Assembly (NCBI GenBank): GCA_046563655.1
Contig: CM102285.1
Coordinates: 2,294,001 to 2,358,000 of the forward strand
Length of the DNA stretch: 64,000 bases
From: Yuukianura sp. NJ FZ-2021
Taxonomy: Eukaryota
Reading direction: 5' to 3'
In this document: in pieces, positions 34,471 through 46,558 of the stretch
How positions within the stretch are numbered: position 1 is the first letter of the stretch
Layout of the letters: every line of letters starts with the position of its first letter
Position numbers and translations under genes: made by a program
The notes under the pieces: generated by a model
Databases searched by the model: none
Told to the model about the DNA's origin: nothing
The model's input: only the letters and a program-made list of their open reading frames with translations

Positions 34471-37400
34471 CACCAAAATTTCCGGAATTGCTCACTCTTT
34501 GTTGTTTTCACTTGTTAGGACATTTCGTTACTGCCAAGGAAAATATTGGTGTTTTTGGTGCTAATTGGTTGGCAAATACAATTTGTTAATGTTGGAGTCA
34601 CACATGTTTGAACAAGAAATTTGAAAATATCCGCTTTGCAGCAAAGTTTGAAAATGTAAGCTTATGAGCTTTACTTAAAATGGTTTTAGGAGGTCACGTG
34701 TGGTCATTGGCTCAGAGTTAAATGCATGAGGGAGAGTTCAAACCAAAATAGTTTTGAGAGTGAAATCGTTTTAGCACTTGTCCTAATCTAAATCACTTCC
34801 AACTCAACAACAGAGGATTTTTGAAGTACTTTAGCAGCGTTGTGTAAAAATAAATTTTTTAGAGGGTGTGAAACTAGAATGATAGACAACATAAAGGAAA
34901 ATCGCTTATTTTGAGGGCACAGTGGAAAACAACTTTTCCAGAGAAAAAATTTCCCCTTCGTAGCAGCACTTTCCTTTGACTTTGCTGCATTTCATCCATT
35001 CCATTTCATTTGGAAGAACTCTTCAGAAAAAGCACTTCTCAGATGACAGCTCTCCTTTTTCAAAACTGCATTCGAAAGTACGCGCCAAGGCTGGGACTAA
35101 ATGTAGAACTGCTCGACTGGGACGGTTGTGAACAACATGAGTCATCGCCTGGGGTATAACTAAGTAAACACAATTACATGACAAAATGGAATACATCACA
35201 CGTTCGATTTGGAGCGGACATCACAATTCAAACGTACGCGCCAAGGCATGAGTGAGTGTGGGGTATCAGTGCGTGGGGATCTGCAGGGTGGTATATTTTC
35301 AAAGACTCTGCAAAATCCTTTTGTCAAACTTTGACACATTGGATATTGGATGTGATTTGAATTGTTCCCCGGTATGACACATCAGTCATCCTCATCAGCT
35401 TCTCGTTTGAGGCAAACTTCAAATTAATCTACCCTCGGCTGGGAGACTGCAGTGCGCTTAGAATAGTCGGGCGTTTTTGGACGGACGTATCGTTCGGATT
35501 CACACATGCCGAGTACCATACACTGTTTTGTGCCAAAATCAACCATCTCCAAAAGAAATTGGCAAAATTTGGGAGTTGCATTACCGCGGTAACGATGTTT
35601 ACCGAAGCAGGGCTAACATTACATATATAGTTTTGCATTACTCATATAGCGTGTACATAATTTACATAATGTGATAAAAAGTTACATAGTACTTATACGT
35701 AATCAACTTATTATATAGTTAACCAACATATTAGCTATAAGTCAACTCAAATACATCATTTTACCACGTACATAAATTACCGTCCGCTTTTTGCCGTTCA
35801 TAAAACTCTCACAAACGAAAAATCTTACACTAAGAAGAGAAAAAAAATTTGGTTTGGCTCGTTTTTACTTTCAGTGGCCGGTACGCTGCTAAGCCGTACA
35901 ACAACGACCAGGAACTAATTTTCATCAAAATTTTCTTCTTTTGTGTCGATGTCCACCCAATTCATTTCGTAGTCAATTAGATCTGTGTAGAGCGTATCTC
36001 CTCACCCCATCACACAAAAATATGGAGATTGTGGTCTCCCGCACATGCCCGCCAACTTTCAAATTTCGTATTGAGTTTCATATGGACTTTGTAGAGTAGA
36101 TGCGAAGCTTTGATTCTCAAATGAGATTTGAATGGCATTCCAAGTGGCGAAGGAGAGAGGCAGATGTGGTCGTAAATCTCTGTGTGTTTTGTTATTGTGG
36201 AATCCAAGTCCTTCTCCCCGGAGAAAACTGCATCTTCTTCTGAATATGCAGCAACCTAAACCTAAACTAAGGAAAAGGAAGATGGAGCAGAGTAAATCAT
36301 TCTCTTTTCCACCGAAGCTCCTCAGTGTCAAGGTGGGCTTAAATCGGCGGGAAAAGTGCAGTGCGGGAAAGTAATGAGAGTAAAATCCGGCGGGAATGAA
36401 ATGAAAAGACTCCGTGTCTGGTACTGAAGCTACCACAGTCACGGCGGGGAAATTCAAAAATAGAAATACCGGGAACTTTCTCTTTTTTTAAAAAAAAATC
36501 TAACATGGAACAGTTTTTTTGCTTCCTTCCCTAACCTTAAACCTAACCTTTAAGGTTCTGCTCTTCCAACCAAGAAGTTTATTTGCATCTACATAACATA
36601 TCCAAGGCACTGTGGATTTATTTGCCACTTTTATTCGTAACATGGAACCCATTATTTTCCCAAATGCACTCAACCAATACAAGCGTCAAGGGAAACCTAA
36701 CTTTGCATTCAACACGTCACACTAGAAAGAGGCTTGTCTCGATTTAGTTCGCTTAAATTGAAATTATTTTGTGCCGTTTTAAACAAGATTTATGCTAACG
36801 ACAGTGCAACAACTTCTTTTCATTTTGTCATCAGTTCGAAGAACATAAATATACTAATAAACTTAAAAGTTAGAGTTAACCTATGTTGATCTAAACATAA
36901 ACTTATGTCAATAACGTAAAGTAATGTAAAGCGAGCTATCAGTTTAGTTATGTCTTTGAAAAAAAAGTTGAAAAACTCCACTTATTCGAGCACTTTAGTT
37001 TTACTTTGAGATAAAACGCAACTTGGATTTAAGTTGTAAGTTGGAATGGACTTTTCGAAAAACCTAATTTTTTGAAAATCCCAGGCTTAGAATTTTTGTT
37101 GATCGTAAATTGGTTCTCTCAGTTTGCAAAAGCTTTTTTTCAAGCCTGTAAGTGAAAGTACTTTCTCCTGCAAGTGAAACTTTGTTTTTTGAAAACTTGT
37201 CTGACCCAACTTTTGTTGCAATTTCAGCGTCCGAAAAACTTTCTTTAGACACGAAGTTTCCGGAATCCGTCATTTGGGAGCTGTTTGAAAATCTTTGAAC
37301 TGGAAAAAGCTTAAGTTCAGAAAAGCTTTCTAAAGTAAATGAAGAAAACGAACGGGTTTGGACTTCTTTCAAAACAAGGTGTGTGGAAGTTGATAAAACA

Positions 37401-40400
37401 TTTCTGTTAGAAAGTTCGATTTTTTGAAAAGTTCACATTTTTTTGAAAGTGAGATTATGTTGCAACGCGAGTAACTTTTTTGACATAACCCAAACTTCGT
37501 TCCTGGCAAACAACTTTCAAGTTTCTGCGTTATTGATCAAAGCATACCATATAGTTATTAGGGTAACAGGATCCAAAAAATTCAGTTTTTTTCAAGTTTT
37601 TTTTTTCTTTGGTAAAATTTTCTTGGAAAAAGCGCTTCGTCATTTGACTTTCTCCAAAGTCCTCAAAAAGAGTCCTTGATGTAATAATTCTGTCAAGCGG
37701 AGGAGAGCAATATATTTTGGCGCTTCTTTTTTTCAAAAAAAAAGAAAGTTCCCGGAAAATGTTTTCTTTTTATATCTTCCGCCATTTGGGGACTTGATTC
37801 TCATTTGAGAGCAGAGGAATATGGACTTATTGCTTTCTTTTCACTCTCTGATCATCTCCCAAAAGGAACCACCCGAAAGCACTTTCTTTTTTTGAACTTT
37901 TTTTTTAGAAAAGTTTCTTTTTCGAAAAAACCTTTGGACCGGAGAGATGGATGATATGATAGGAATTCTATCGGAAACATCCTTTGGCTTCTGAAAAGAA
38001 ATTGCTGACTCCTATTCTTATTAAAACGGAGGGAGCAGAGGAAAGTCTGAAGCGCAAACTTCAAGTTTCATCCACTTCTAAGGTTAGGTTGTTGTACAAC
38101 TGAGAGTCAATGGCGTTGAAGATTTGGGCGGAAGTAGTCAGGTCATCTCGGAGGTCAACAAAAGATAAAAGATGCATTTCGAAAAAAGTTTTTGAAAAGG
38201 AAGAAAGTTTTTTTTTTCGGAAACGCGGGGGATTCAAGGTCCTGCGACATTCATCTCACTTTCTTTTCTATTAGTCGCGATGGCGTCCCGATAGCTCTAC
38301 TTGCTTATCCGGGACAATTCCCGACATTTTTGAACGGAAATATTTTTGCCGCCATTTTACACCAAGATGTATAGTTCAAAAAGTACAGAAGAAAATGTGC
38401 TAAGCGAATTTTATAAAGTCCAGTTTGATTAGATAGTCCGTGCGTTGATGTCCGTACATTTCTCTTCTATAATTGTTTTTTTTTCTTACTTTCTGAGTCA
38501 CGCGATTTATGTTATTGCGGAGTCCTGTCGATATTGAAATTTAGCAACTCAGACAAGCGACTTAAATTTTCGTCTGTTGCTGAAAAAAAAGCAAAACCGC
38601 AACTTCGTCTCACGTTGCCCCAGTCACCTTCGACTGTAAAAGGCGCGTGGTAGTCGTTTAGGTCCAAATTGTTTTTCGGTGTGGCTTAATGCTTAAGATT
38701 CTTCCTCGAAAAATTAGATAAAAGCGACTCATCTGGCTTTTCTTCCAGCATCAAATGACTTTACAAACGTCAAGAACCTCATTTCCAGCCCCTCCATTCC
38801 TTTTCATTTGCTCTTGATCTCCTCACCAAATGAAAAGTTTATAGTCCACGACATTCTACCACGGGCATCTACGTTCCTAACCTAACATTGTAGAGTACAT
38901 TACCTTAACATTACTTCCAAACCTAACCTGAGTTCATACTTTCATGAAACGGAGTATAAAGTAACTCTAAGGTGTGAACGTGAAGTTGCACACTTTCCCC
39001 AGTGCATTTAGGCAGACACTTCACCTGTCTTTCTAATTACACTTTTCTTAACTAAGAATTCCTCTAGTGCCTCGGTCGATACTAACGAAGTCATTCAAAC
39101 AGGAAACTCACTCTGTTCTAGAAAAGCGTTTTAGAACATGTTCAAACACTGCTGCAAAATTCTTCTGGAGTCGGAAAATGCAGAATAGCGTTTCCCTTGA
39201 AATTTTCTGGAAAGATACTGTTGACTCAAGAGGCAGAGCACACATGAAAGAAAAGAGAAGAAGATGATGGCAAAATGTATTTTTAGAACAAGAAGATAAC
39301 TCACCAAAGATGCACGAGAGTAATGTTTTGCATTTCCTTGTTTTTATTGTCTGTCAGTCAAGACAAATACGTTTTCTACTATGCGTTATGGTCCATTATG
39401 ATCTTCGCACAGACGCATCTTCTCTCCAGAATAAATTAACAGATAAATGCCCATCTTTGCCAATGGGTGGTCATAAATACGAGACTGAGAAAACTAAATA
39501 ACGTACAAGCAGAGCCACGCCCTAAGTGATTGCAAAAATGAAAATTATGGAGTGAGGCTATTGCTTTAACATCTTCATTTTCATCGACTCGATCAGATAG
39601 ATCAGGCGGGAAGATTTGATTTATTTGCGCATGTTGCAAAATTTAATACCCCCTGTATCTTTTTAATGTAGCTTCAATGTACGACTGAGTTATAGCGGCA
39701 ACTCTTTATATACTTACGACAGAAACAAGACAAGGAAAGATGTTGTGTTGCTAAGGGATCGAGAGAGTCTTTTTCCACATAAACTGTAATTTGAGATTCA
39801 CTGAATTTCAAATTTGCCGCACTTAACTTTACCGTAAACAATAAATTTGAAAGGAAAGAAATTTATGCTCTAGCTCCCCTATCTTGTATCATAAAACCAA
39901 ATTTTTCTCCTCAAATTTTACCGCAATGTTTTTGACTGTAACTGTACTGAGAGTAAAAGTGATTTCAAAGAAAAATTTTGGCAAAGACGATGACATGCCC
40001 TAAATTTTTTTGCAATTTTTTACAAGCATTTTTGAAAAAAACTAAAGCAAAAATGTTTCCCTAAGGATTTGGAATGGATAATACCCATGTTGTAAAAAAA
40101 GCGTTTTCGTAGTGGTAAAATTTTAAAAAAAAATTTGCTTAGTCAGTAATAATTTGAGATTTTTTTAAGTGGAACTTGTACAAATTTCAGGACGACGATC
40201 TAGATATAAGTGAAAGCTGAAGTGTTTTGCATTCATCTACTATTAAACTTACCAATAAAATTTCAGTTTTTATGTAATTTTGAGAATTTTGACAATGGAA
40301 TAAGAAAGCGGGTCACTTCAAATTGAAAACTTTGAAATTTTTATGTACTTTAGAAAATTTTGACAAAAGAATAAGAAATAAGGGTCACTGCAAATTGAAA

Positions 40401-43400
40401 AATTTAAGATTTTTGAGTATTTCATATAAGGTTTAAAAAGATTTGAAGGACAAACAGTTCTCAGCCATTGCCACTTCAGATTTCAAGTTCACACGAGTCG
40501 AAGGTGCGTTTGTGTACACAAAACGCCCTTGGAGACGTTCTTGCAGTGTTTATATTGTTAGACTACAAGTCACAAAATGTCATTACAAAAATGTTCAAAT
40601 GTTTAAGGGCTCCAGAAGGATTCGATTACTAACAAGAATTGTTGGTCTGCTCAAATTTCAGAGCCATTGGAAACCATGAGGTCAAGCCTCAAGGACCCTT
40701 CAAAGTCTCCACTTTCAACAACTGTTGAGGTTCAGCTTGTGGGTACTTCAAAAAGTACCCTTAAAAACTAAAACGCTTGGAAAAAACTCAAAGATGCGGG
40801 TCGAGATACACTTTTTCAGGAAAAAAAGAAAGAGAAAAATTGCTTTTGGCTTAAAAGTAATGGCCTGTCACAAATGCTAAATATACAAGATCAAAATGTA
40901 GTGGCCAAAGGAATTTCTAGAAAAAGTTGCTGCTTTTGGACAGTCGATGCCTTGCCGTAACCAAAAAAAAACTAAGAAGAAAATGTTTGACTTTTTTTTG
41001 AAAACATGTCAGACTGACTAAAGATTTTCATATTTTGAGCTTTTATCAAATTTGCTTTCACCGTTGTCTGACACTTTCAATTCATTCACTTTAGTCTTAG
41101 ATAGCTTACCCCACGGAGTCCAAGTTCTGGAAGGATCATGTCTCATTATGATCAGGAGCCTACAGGCGCTCAATCATCGTGTCTGGTGGGCCCTTTGAAG
41201 GTTTAGAAAGGAGGGAGGAGATTCTTGTCAGTCAACGTCAAACGTTCATTTCCCTTAGTGTTTATTTACTCAAGTTCTGAAACGAAGGAAGGTTTAGTAG
41301 CATATTTGAAACCTATGATTTCCTTGTACAAAGAGATGAGTTCCATACTTACTGCTTTGGCGCGAAACGCGGTTCAGTTTTAATTTCAAATCTTTCATCT
41401 TCTCATTACCTCCAAAAGATTCAATTCTGAATGTTGAGTTTTCTTTCAAGTTGAGAGCAATGAGTAATAAGTTTTTCCTCTGCAAGCATTAAGTTCAAAA
41501 TGTAAAAAAAATCATGCCATTTTGAAATTCTATGCAGAGCAGGAGCGGCAAAATGTAAAACTAAAAATATTTTGGCAGTTTTAAAATTGGACTTTCAAAA
41601 TTGTTTCTTTAGCCTACAGTTGAATGCTAATTTTTCTGAAATTTTGGAAAATTTTGGGAAATCTTAGTTTAACTTTTCAAAAATCGCCCCCTCCTCACTA
41701 TATTCTAAGAGAAAATATCTAAGGGGGGGGGGTTGAAGTTGACCCTTAAGGGCCCTTTGTACCCATCAAGTTATTTGCTCAGTAGGACTTCAAGAATGTC
41801 TTAGGAAGAGCCCTGCGAAGGGCCCCCGTGACTTCTAAGGTCGTGAATCATGATTTATATTTTTTTGAAAACATTTTTCCATGTTGGGACTTTATCATTC
41901 TTCACGGCCCTTTGAATACACCAAACAGCCCTTCACAATATCTTTTAAATTAGCATTTTAATTAGAATGATAAATTGTATACCTTTGAACTCATACCTGT
42001 GCGGGTTGGATCCGCCTAAGGGGTTCCAGGGATTCGAACTGGCGGCTTTTACTCGCGACTTTCTTGAAATGACTTTCTATGGTAGAGGGGTACTTAACCT
42101 TTGACAAGGGACCACGTTTCCTTTGATGGTCAAACGAACCTTAATCGAATCTTTTAATCTTCCATGTCCTCTTGTGACAATCTCACAAGGCGAAAGGCGG
42201 CAAATCCAAAAAGTCAAGGATAGTGTCACATTGTTCCAGAAAAAGATCAAAGAAGGCTCGAACAACGCTTGTTCCGCATACGAACAACCACATTTAGGAC
42301 TTAAAGAAGGGTGTAACAGGAGATTGGACACCTTCTTAGCTTGTTAAGTCCCCCCTTCGATAATGTCAAGAACCACTTTGGAAAAGAAAAGTAAAGATTT
42401 AATAATGATCATGAAAGAAAAGACAAAAGGCGCTCAATTCAAATGGAGTCTTGCCAGACAAAGGTATAATTCAATATCCAATTTCCAGCACTTTCTCTTT
42501 CATCTCACAAAAATACTAAAGTGCTTTCTCCCTCCATTATCACTCGGCCTAAGGCTTTTTTTCGAAGAATAGAACAAAAAGGTAATGCGTGTGATAACCT
42601 GACTACAAAATTTTTACCTAAATATGAAATGTCGAATGTTTTTCAAAGCGTTTCAAATTTCAAATTTGGAGCCACATTTTCTTGAAATTTTGTAAATTTA
42701 ACTTTATAAAAGAATACGCAGTGACTAATATATATTTTAAATTTATTTTAGTAAGGAGTTTAGCAAAAAAAAATTGACAGTTTCGAAAAACTTAGAAAAA
42801 ATTGTGCAAATAATGTGTACGTGGAGTAAATGTATTCCTAATACAGTTTAAAAAAAGCAATTGTGAAAGTCAAGCTACTGTAGTTTTTTTTTGTCATTGA
42901 CAAGTTTTTGGAACAGTCTCAGAAAAGTTGTAACTGATGTTTTAGTGCTTGGTGATGTACAGGGTTATGGAGTTTACATTTAAGTGACATGGACCCAAGT
43001 CCTTATGTTCTTGTTCCTGTCAAGACGACATGTTGATTCTGAAGTGGATCTCACTTTATCTTTTTTTCACTAAAGTGTTTTCTAATGATTCTTCAATAAT
43101 AACACCATTACATCAGAACAGAGTTGAAGCAGAATCTATCACAACAATACAAGAGTCTCCTAACACTAACCCCGAAGATCAAATTTAAGCCAACACTTTA
43201 AAGCACTTAAAAGGCTTCGTAATAATGTAATGTTTTTTTTAATTCCAACTTGCTACTAACATTTAGCTCCGAAAAAAAGTGTTAAACTTGTTCGCTAGTT
43301 CAGCTTAATTGACCAATAACAAATACGTTCAATGCAGTACTTCATTCTTCTAATATCCGCTCTGAAAAATTTGCTACTCTGTTGATATTGGCTACTGTGC

Positions 43401-44411
43401 TTAAAAAGTAACAGAAATGTCAAAAACACTTTGTAAAGACTCCGGAGATTTTCAGTTTTGTATAGATTTTTATGTTTTTTTTTAATTACAAAAACAGTAT
43501 GTTTGTAAACGGAGAAACAATGCTGCTGTTCTTTTTCACTACGCAAAAGTAGATGGTTTGGAACTCCAAAAAGTGTAAGAAAACGTTATGTTTTAAAATT
43601 CGTGGACAACGTGTGTTGGGTGTATAACAAGTTTAGATAGAGAAAGTGACAGTGTCGCCACGGAGAGAGTTATGACTCCCCTCTGCCCTTGTTTCCACTT
43701 CCAAGCACCAAATTGTACCCAAAAAGGACATGATTTACTCCCAAATTTGATTCATTACTTAATACTGTTGAAGTAAAGAATAGCCTCACTATGGCTATAA
43801 GTTATAAGCACACAGTACAACTGTACATTAGTACATCGCTGTAAAATCTTCAACCGATATTTGCAACCACGCAAACCTACAGTTTGTGGTAGTTTAAAAT
43901 TATCCTTTGTCACATTATTCCCGTGGTTACACAAATTGTAGTTTGTAAACACGTTAATAAAGCGACAGATGATAATTTTAATTTAGCAATTTTACAAAAA
44001 GAATTAAATGTCAAGCTTTTACGAATTTTAACTTGCAGATGATTTAAACCAGTTTAGGGTTTGTTGACAGGATGCAAAATTTTCCATTTATGCAACCAGA
44101 TTAAGTTAATGCTCCATCTTCCTTCAGACTGATTCATTATGTTTAGTATATTTTTTTGAAATTTCAACCAAGTTTGTCTATTTTGCAACGTGACTTTCAT
44201 CCATGACGCAAATTCTTATAAACTAGCCCGACCATCCACCATCTTTGCACTAAGGTCAGCTTCTTCCATGCTAAATTGTAGACGAACTTGATCAGTTTCG
44301 GTTAACGATTAAAAAACGTTTTTGAAAAATTAATTCGGACTCATTGACACTCTAAAACTTGTTTAAATCAAGGTTTTATTCGTTTTGATTTAAAGTTTTG
44401 ACAAAGGTTGT

Positions 44412-44912
44412 TCAGATTCCAAGAGTGCGCTTAATCCAGTTTGAGAATTCTGCCACACTGATAAACCCATTCTTATTGACGTCGGCTTCCTGGAGAAATT
44501 TGTCGTAATCGTCGACGTAGGGTTTCAACTTCCGTTCATGTTTTACCATTAAATCCACAAAACCTTTGAATTCTTCCTCTGAAATCAACCCATTACCGTC
44601 TCGGTCATAAGCACGTCCAAGTCTCAGTGCTGCTGCGGATGGTCCAGCACGATCAGCTAAAATAACTTCCAAATACTGGGACAGGGTGATGACACCTTCG
44701 TAATGAGTGTCCCAGTACGCCTTGTATGCTTCACATTGCTCCGCGCTTTGATAGTAGTTCAATGCATGAAGAGCAATTTCCGTGTCGGTAGAGAGAATGT
44801 ACGGTTCGGCTCCCTCCTCGTGTCGGTGTGAAGGAAGCGATTGGAAAACTTCTATTAATTTTTCGATGTCCTTTTCGGTAAATGGCTTACTCCAGTCCAA
44901 ACGGTGCGACAT
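44412..44912 (-). CDS. Intronless EF-hand calcium-binding protein, copy A (166 aa)
   Basis: Canonical loops DRDGNGLISEEE and DVNKNGFISVAE. Colinear with the neighbouring paralog. Confidence 0.88.
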   Translation of the reverse strand: MSHRLDWSKPFTEKDIEKLIEVFQSLPSHRHEEGAEPYILSTDTEIALHALNYYQSAEQCEAYKAYWDTHYEGVITLSQYLEVILADRAGPSAAALRLGRAYDRDGNGLISEEEFKGFVDLMVKHERKLKPYVDDYDKFLQEADVNKNGFISVAEFSNWIKRTLGI

Positions 44913-45552
44913 TGTTCAAAATCAGTTTAAAGTAAAACTTAATTTGACAAATTAGTGGAAATTTTGAAGAGTGAATACTAAGTTGTGCAGCTGAGCATCG
45001 AATAACTACTAAATTAAATATACTCAAAAGTAAATTGATATAATTATTAAAATGGCCTAGCTTGTGTGTGAGCAGATTAACCGCGTTTTATCAAACGGTT
45101 AACGTATAATAGTTTAATTAAAAGGCGAAGATAGCACGAGTTAAAAACAATTTAATTAGGCTAGAGTTTGCGGTAAAAATATACAATCATTTTAAGATAT
45201 TAAAATAAAATCGGTACTAAATTCTTAGCGTATTTTTCCAAGAAAAAGTTTTATTTTATTTATCCAAACTCTTTTGCTTCCTCTTTTTAACAACATTATT
45301 GTCATTAATTTTAACCTTAACTTTAATTTTAATTTTGAACTCGCCTGATGAATTGACTGAGGTGTAATTGCCTGTTTATACAGGGTACTTTCAGAATAAA
45401 TAAACAAACAAACAAACAAACTGCTCCTTTAATGCTCATATTAATATTTATATTGAGTTTAATTTGACTTCTTTTGACCCAAAGTTGTTTTGTTTCTAAA
45501 AGTTAAGTTACAACAAAGCTGCTAAACCTTCAATATTACTCAAAAAATTTGT

Positions 45553-46053
45553 TTAGATTAGCAGCGTATCTTTGATCCAGGTTGCAAACTCCTGCAAACT
45601 CACCAAGCCGTCTTGGTTGCTGTCAGCTTCCTCCACAAATTTGTCAAAGTCGTAGATGAATCCCTTCAGTTTCGGTTCGTGTATTGCCATGAATTCGACA
45701 AATTCTTTGAACTCCTCGCGAGAAATGAATCCGTCCCCCTCTTTGTCCCAAGCAGCTCCAGCGACTAGCGAAGCTTTCGAAGCGCCTTGGTTAACGGCAA
45801 TAACGGTCTCCATATACCTGGACATGGTCACAAGTCCGCCGTAGTGTTCGTCCCAAAGCTTCTTGTACGTTTCACATTGTTCTGCGTCTCGATAGTAGTT
45901 CATTGCCCGGAGACAAGTTTCGACGTCGGATGATAAAAAGTATGGTTCGTTCCCGTCTTCGGCTCGATACGTGGGAAACGTAGGAGGAATTTTCTTGAGC
46001 CTTTCGATGTCTTCGTCGGTAAACGGCTTACTCCAGTCAATAGGAGTCGACAT
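45553..46053 (-). CDS. Intronless EF-hand calcium-binding protein, copy B (166 aa)
   Basis: Loops DKEGDGFISREE and DSNQDGLVSLQE. Same length as copy A, with shared DWSKPFT and NYY..AEQCE motifs. Confidence 0.88.
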   Translation of the reverse strand: MSTPIDWSKPFTDEDIERLKKIPPTFPTYRAEDGNEPYFLSSDVETCLRAMNYYRDAEQCETYKKLWDEHYGGLVTMSRYMETVIAVNQGASKASLVAGAAWDKEGDGFISREEFKEFVEFMAIHEPKLKGFIYDFDKFVEEADSNQDGLVSLQEFATWIKDTLLI

Positions 46054-46558
46054 TTTTCAAATTTGAGAACTCAGTTGATAATTTCAAAAAAATGTTCTCG
46101 AAAAGAAAAAGTTTTTTTTTTTGAAATCTTGAAAGGTTGGCAAGAGCCAACGATTGTGGTCGCGACGGACAAGAAGTTCTTAATGAAGTGCTTACATTAA
46201 AGAAGGATTGAATTTAAAAGGTTAACCTTCATTGGCTTTGTCCGCATCTAGTTTTACGTCAATTTTTTTCGGAATGTCACAGTTAGGACATGTTCGTCCA
46301 ATTAAAATGTGAAAATCACTATGTCGTTTGAAAACTTGAAAGAATTGGGTTCCCTAAACCAGTTTTGGAAAGCTAGCAAACTTTTTGCATTTTTGTAACC
46401 TAAGCTATTCTTATTACGATGTTTTTTTGACAACGTTGATTCTTTTAGGTAATTCTAATACCAAGGGAAAACTTTTTCATGCAGTTCAAAAGTGTTATAA
46501 TTCAGCTTTTACCAAAGAGACTTCAACATTTCCAAAATCGTATTTTTTTAACTTGCAG

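Noticed and set aside
30985-38930. Scattered CCTAA/TTAGG units as interstitial telomere
   Set aside because: Only 2-3 imperfect units per site, consistent with short repeat or TE remnants rather than telomeric arrays.
40286-40425. Two-copy ~70-bp direct repeat
   Set aside because: Ordinary degenerate local tandem duplication with no further structure.
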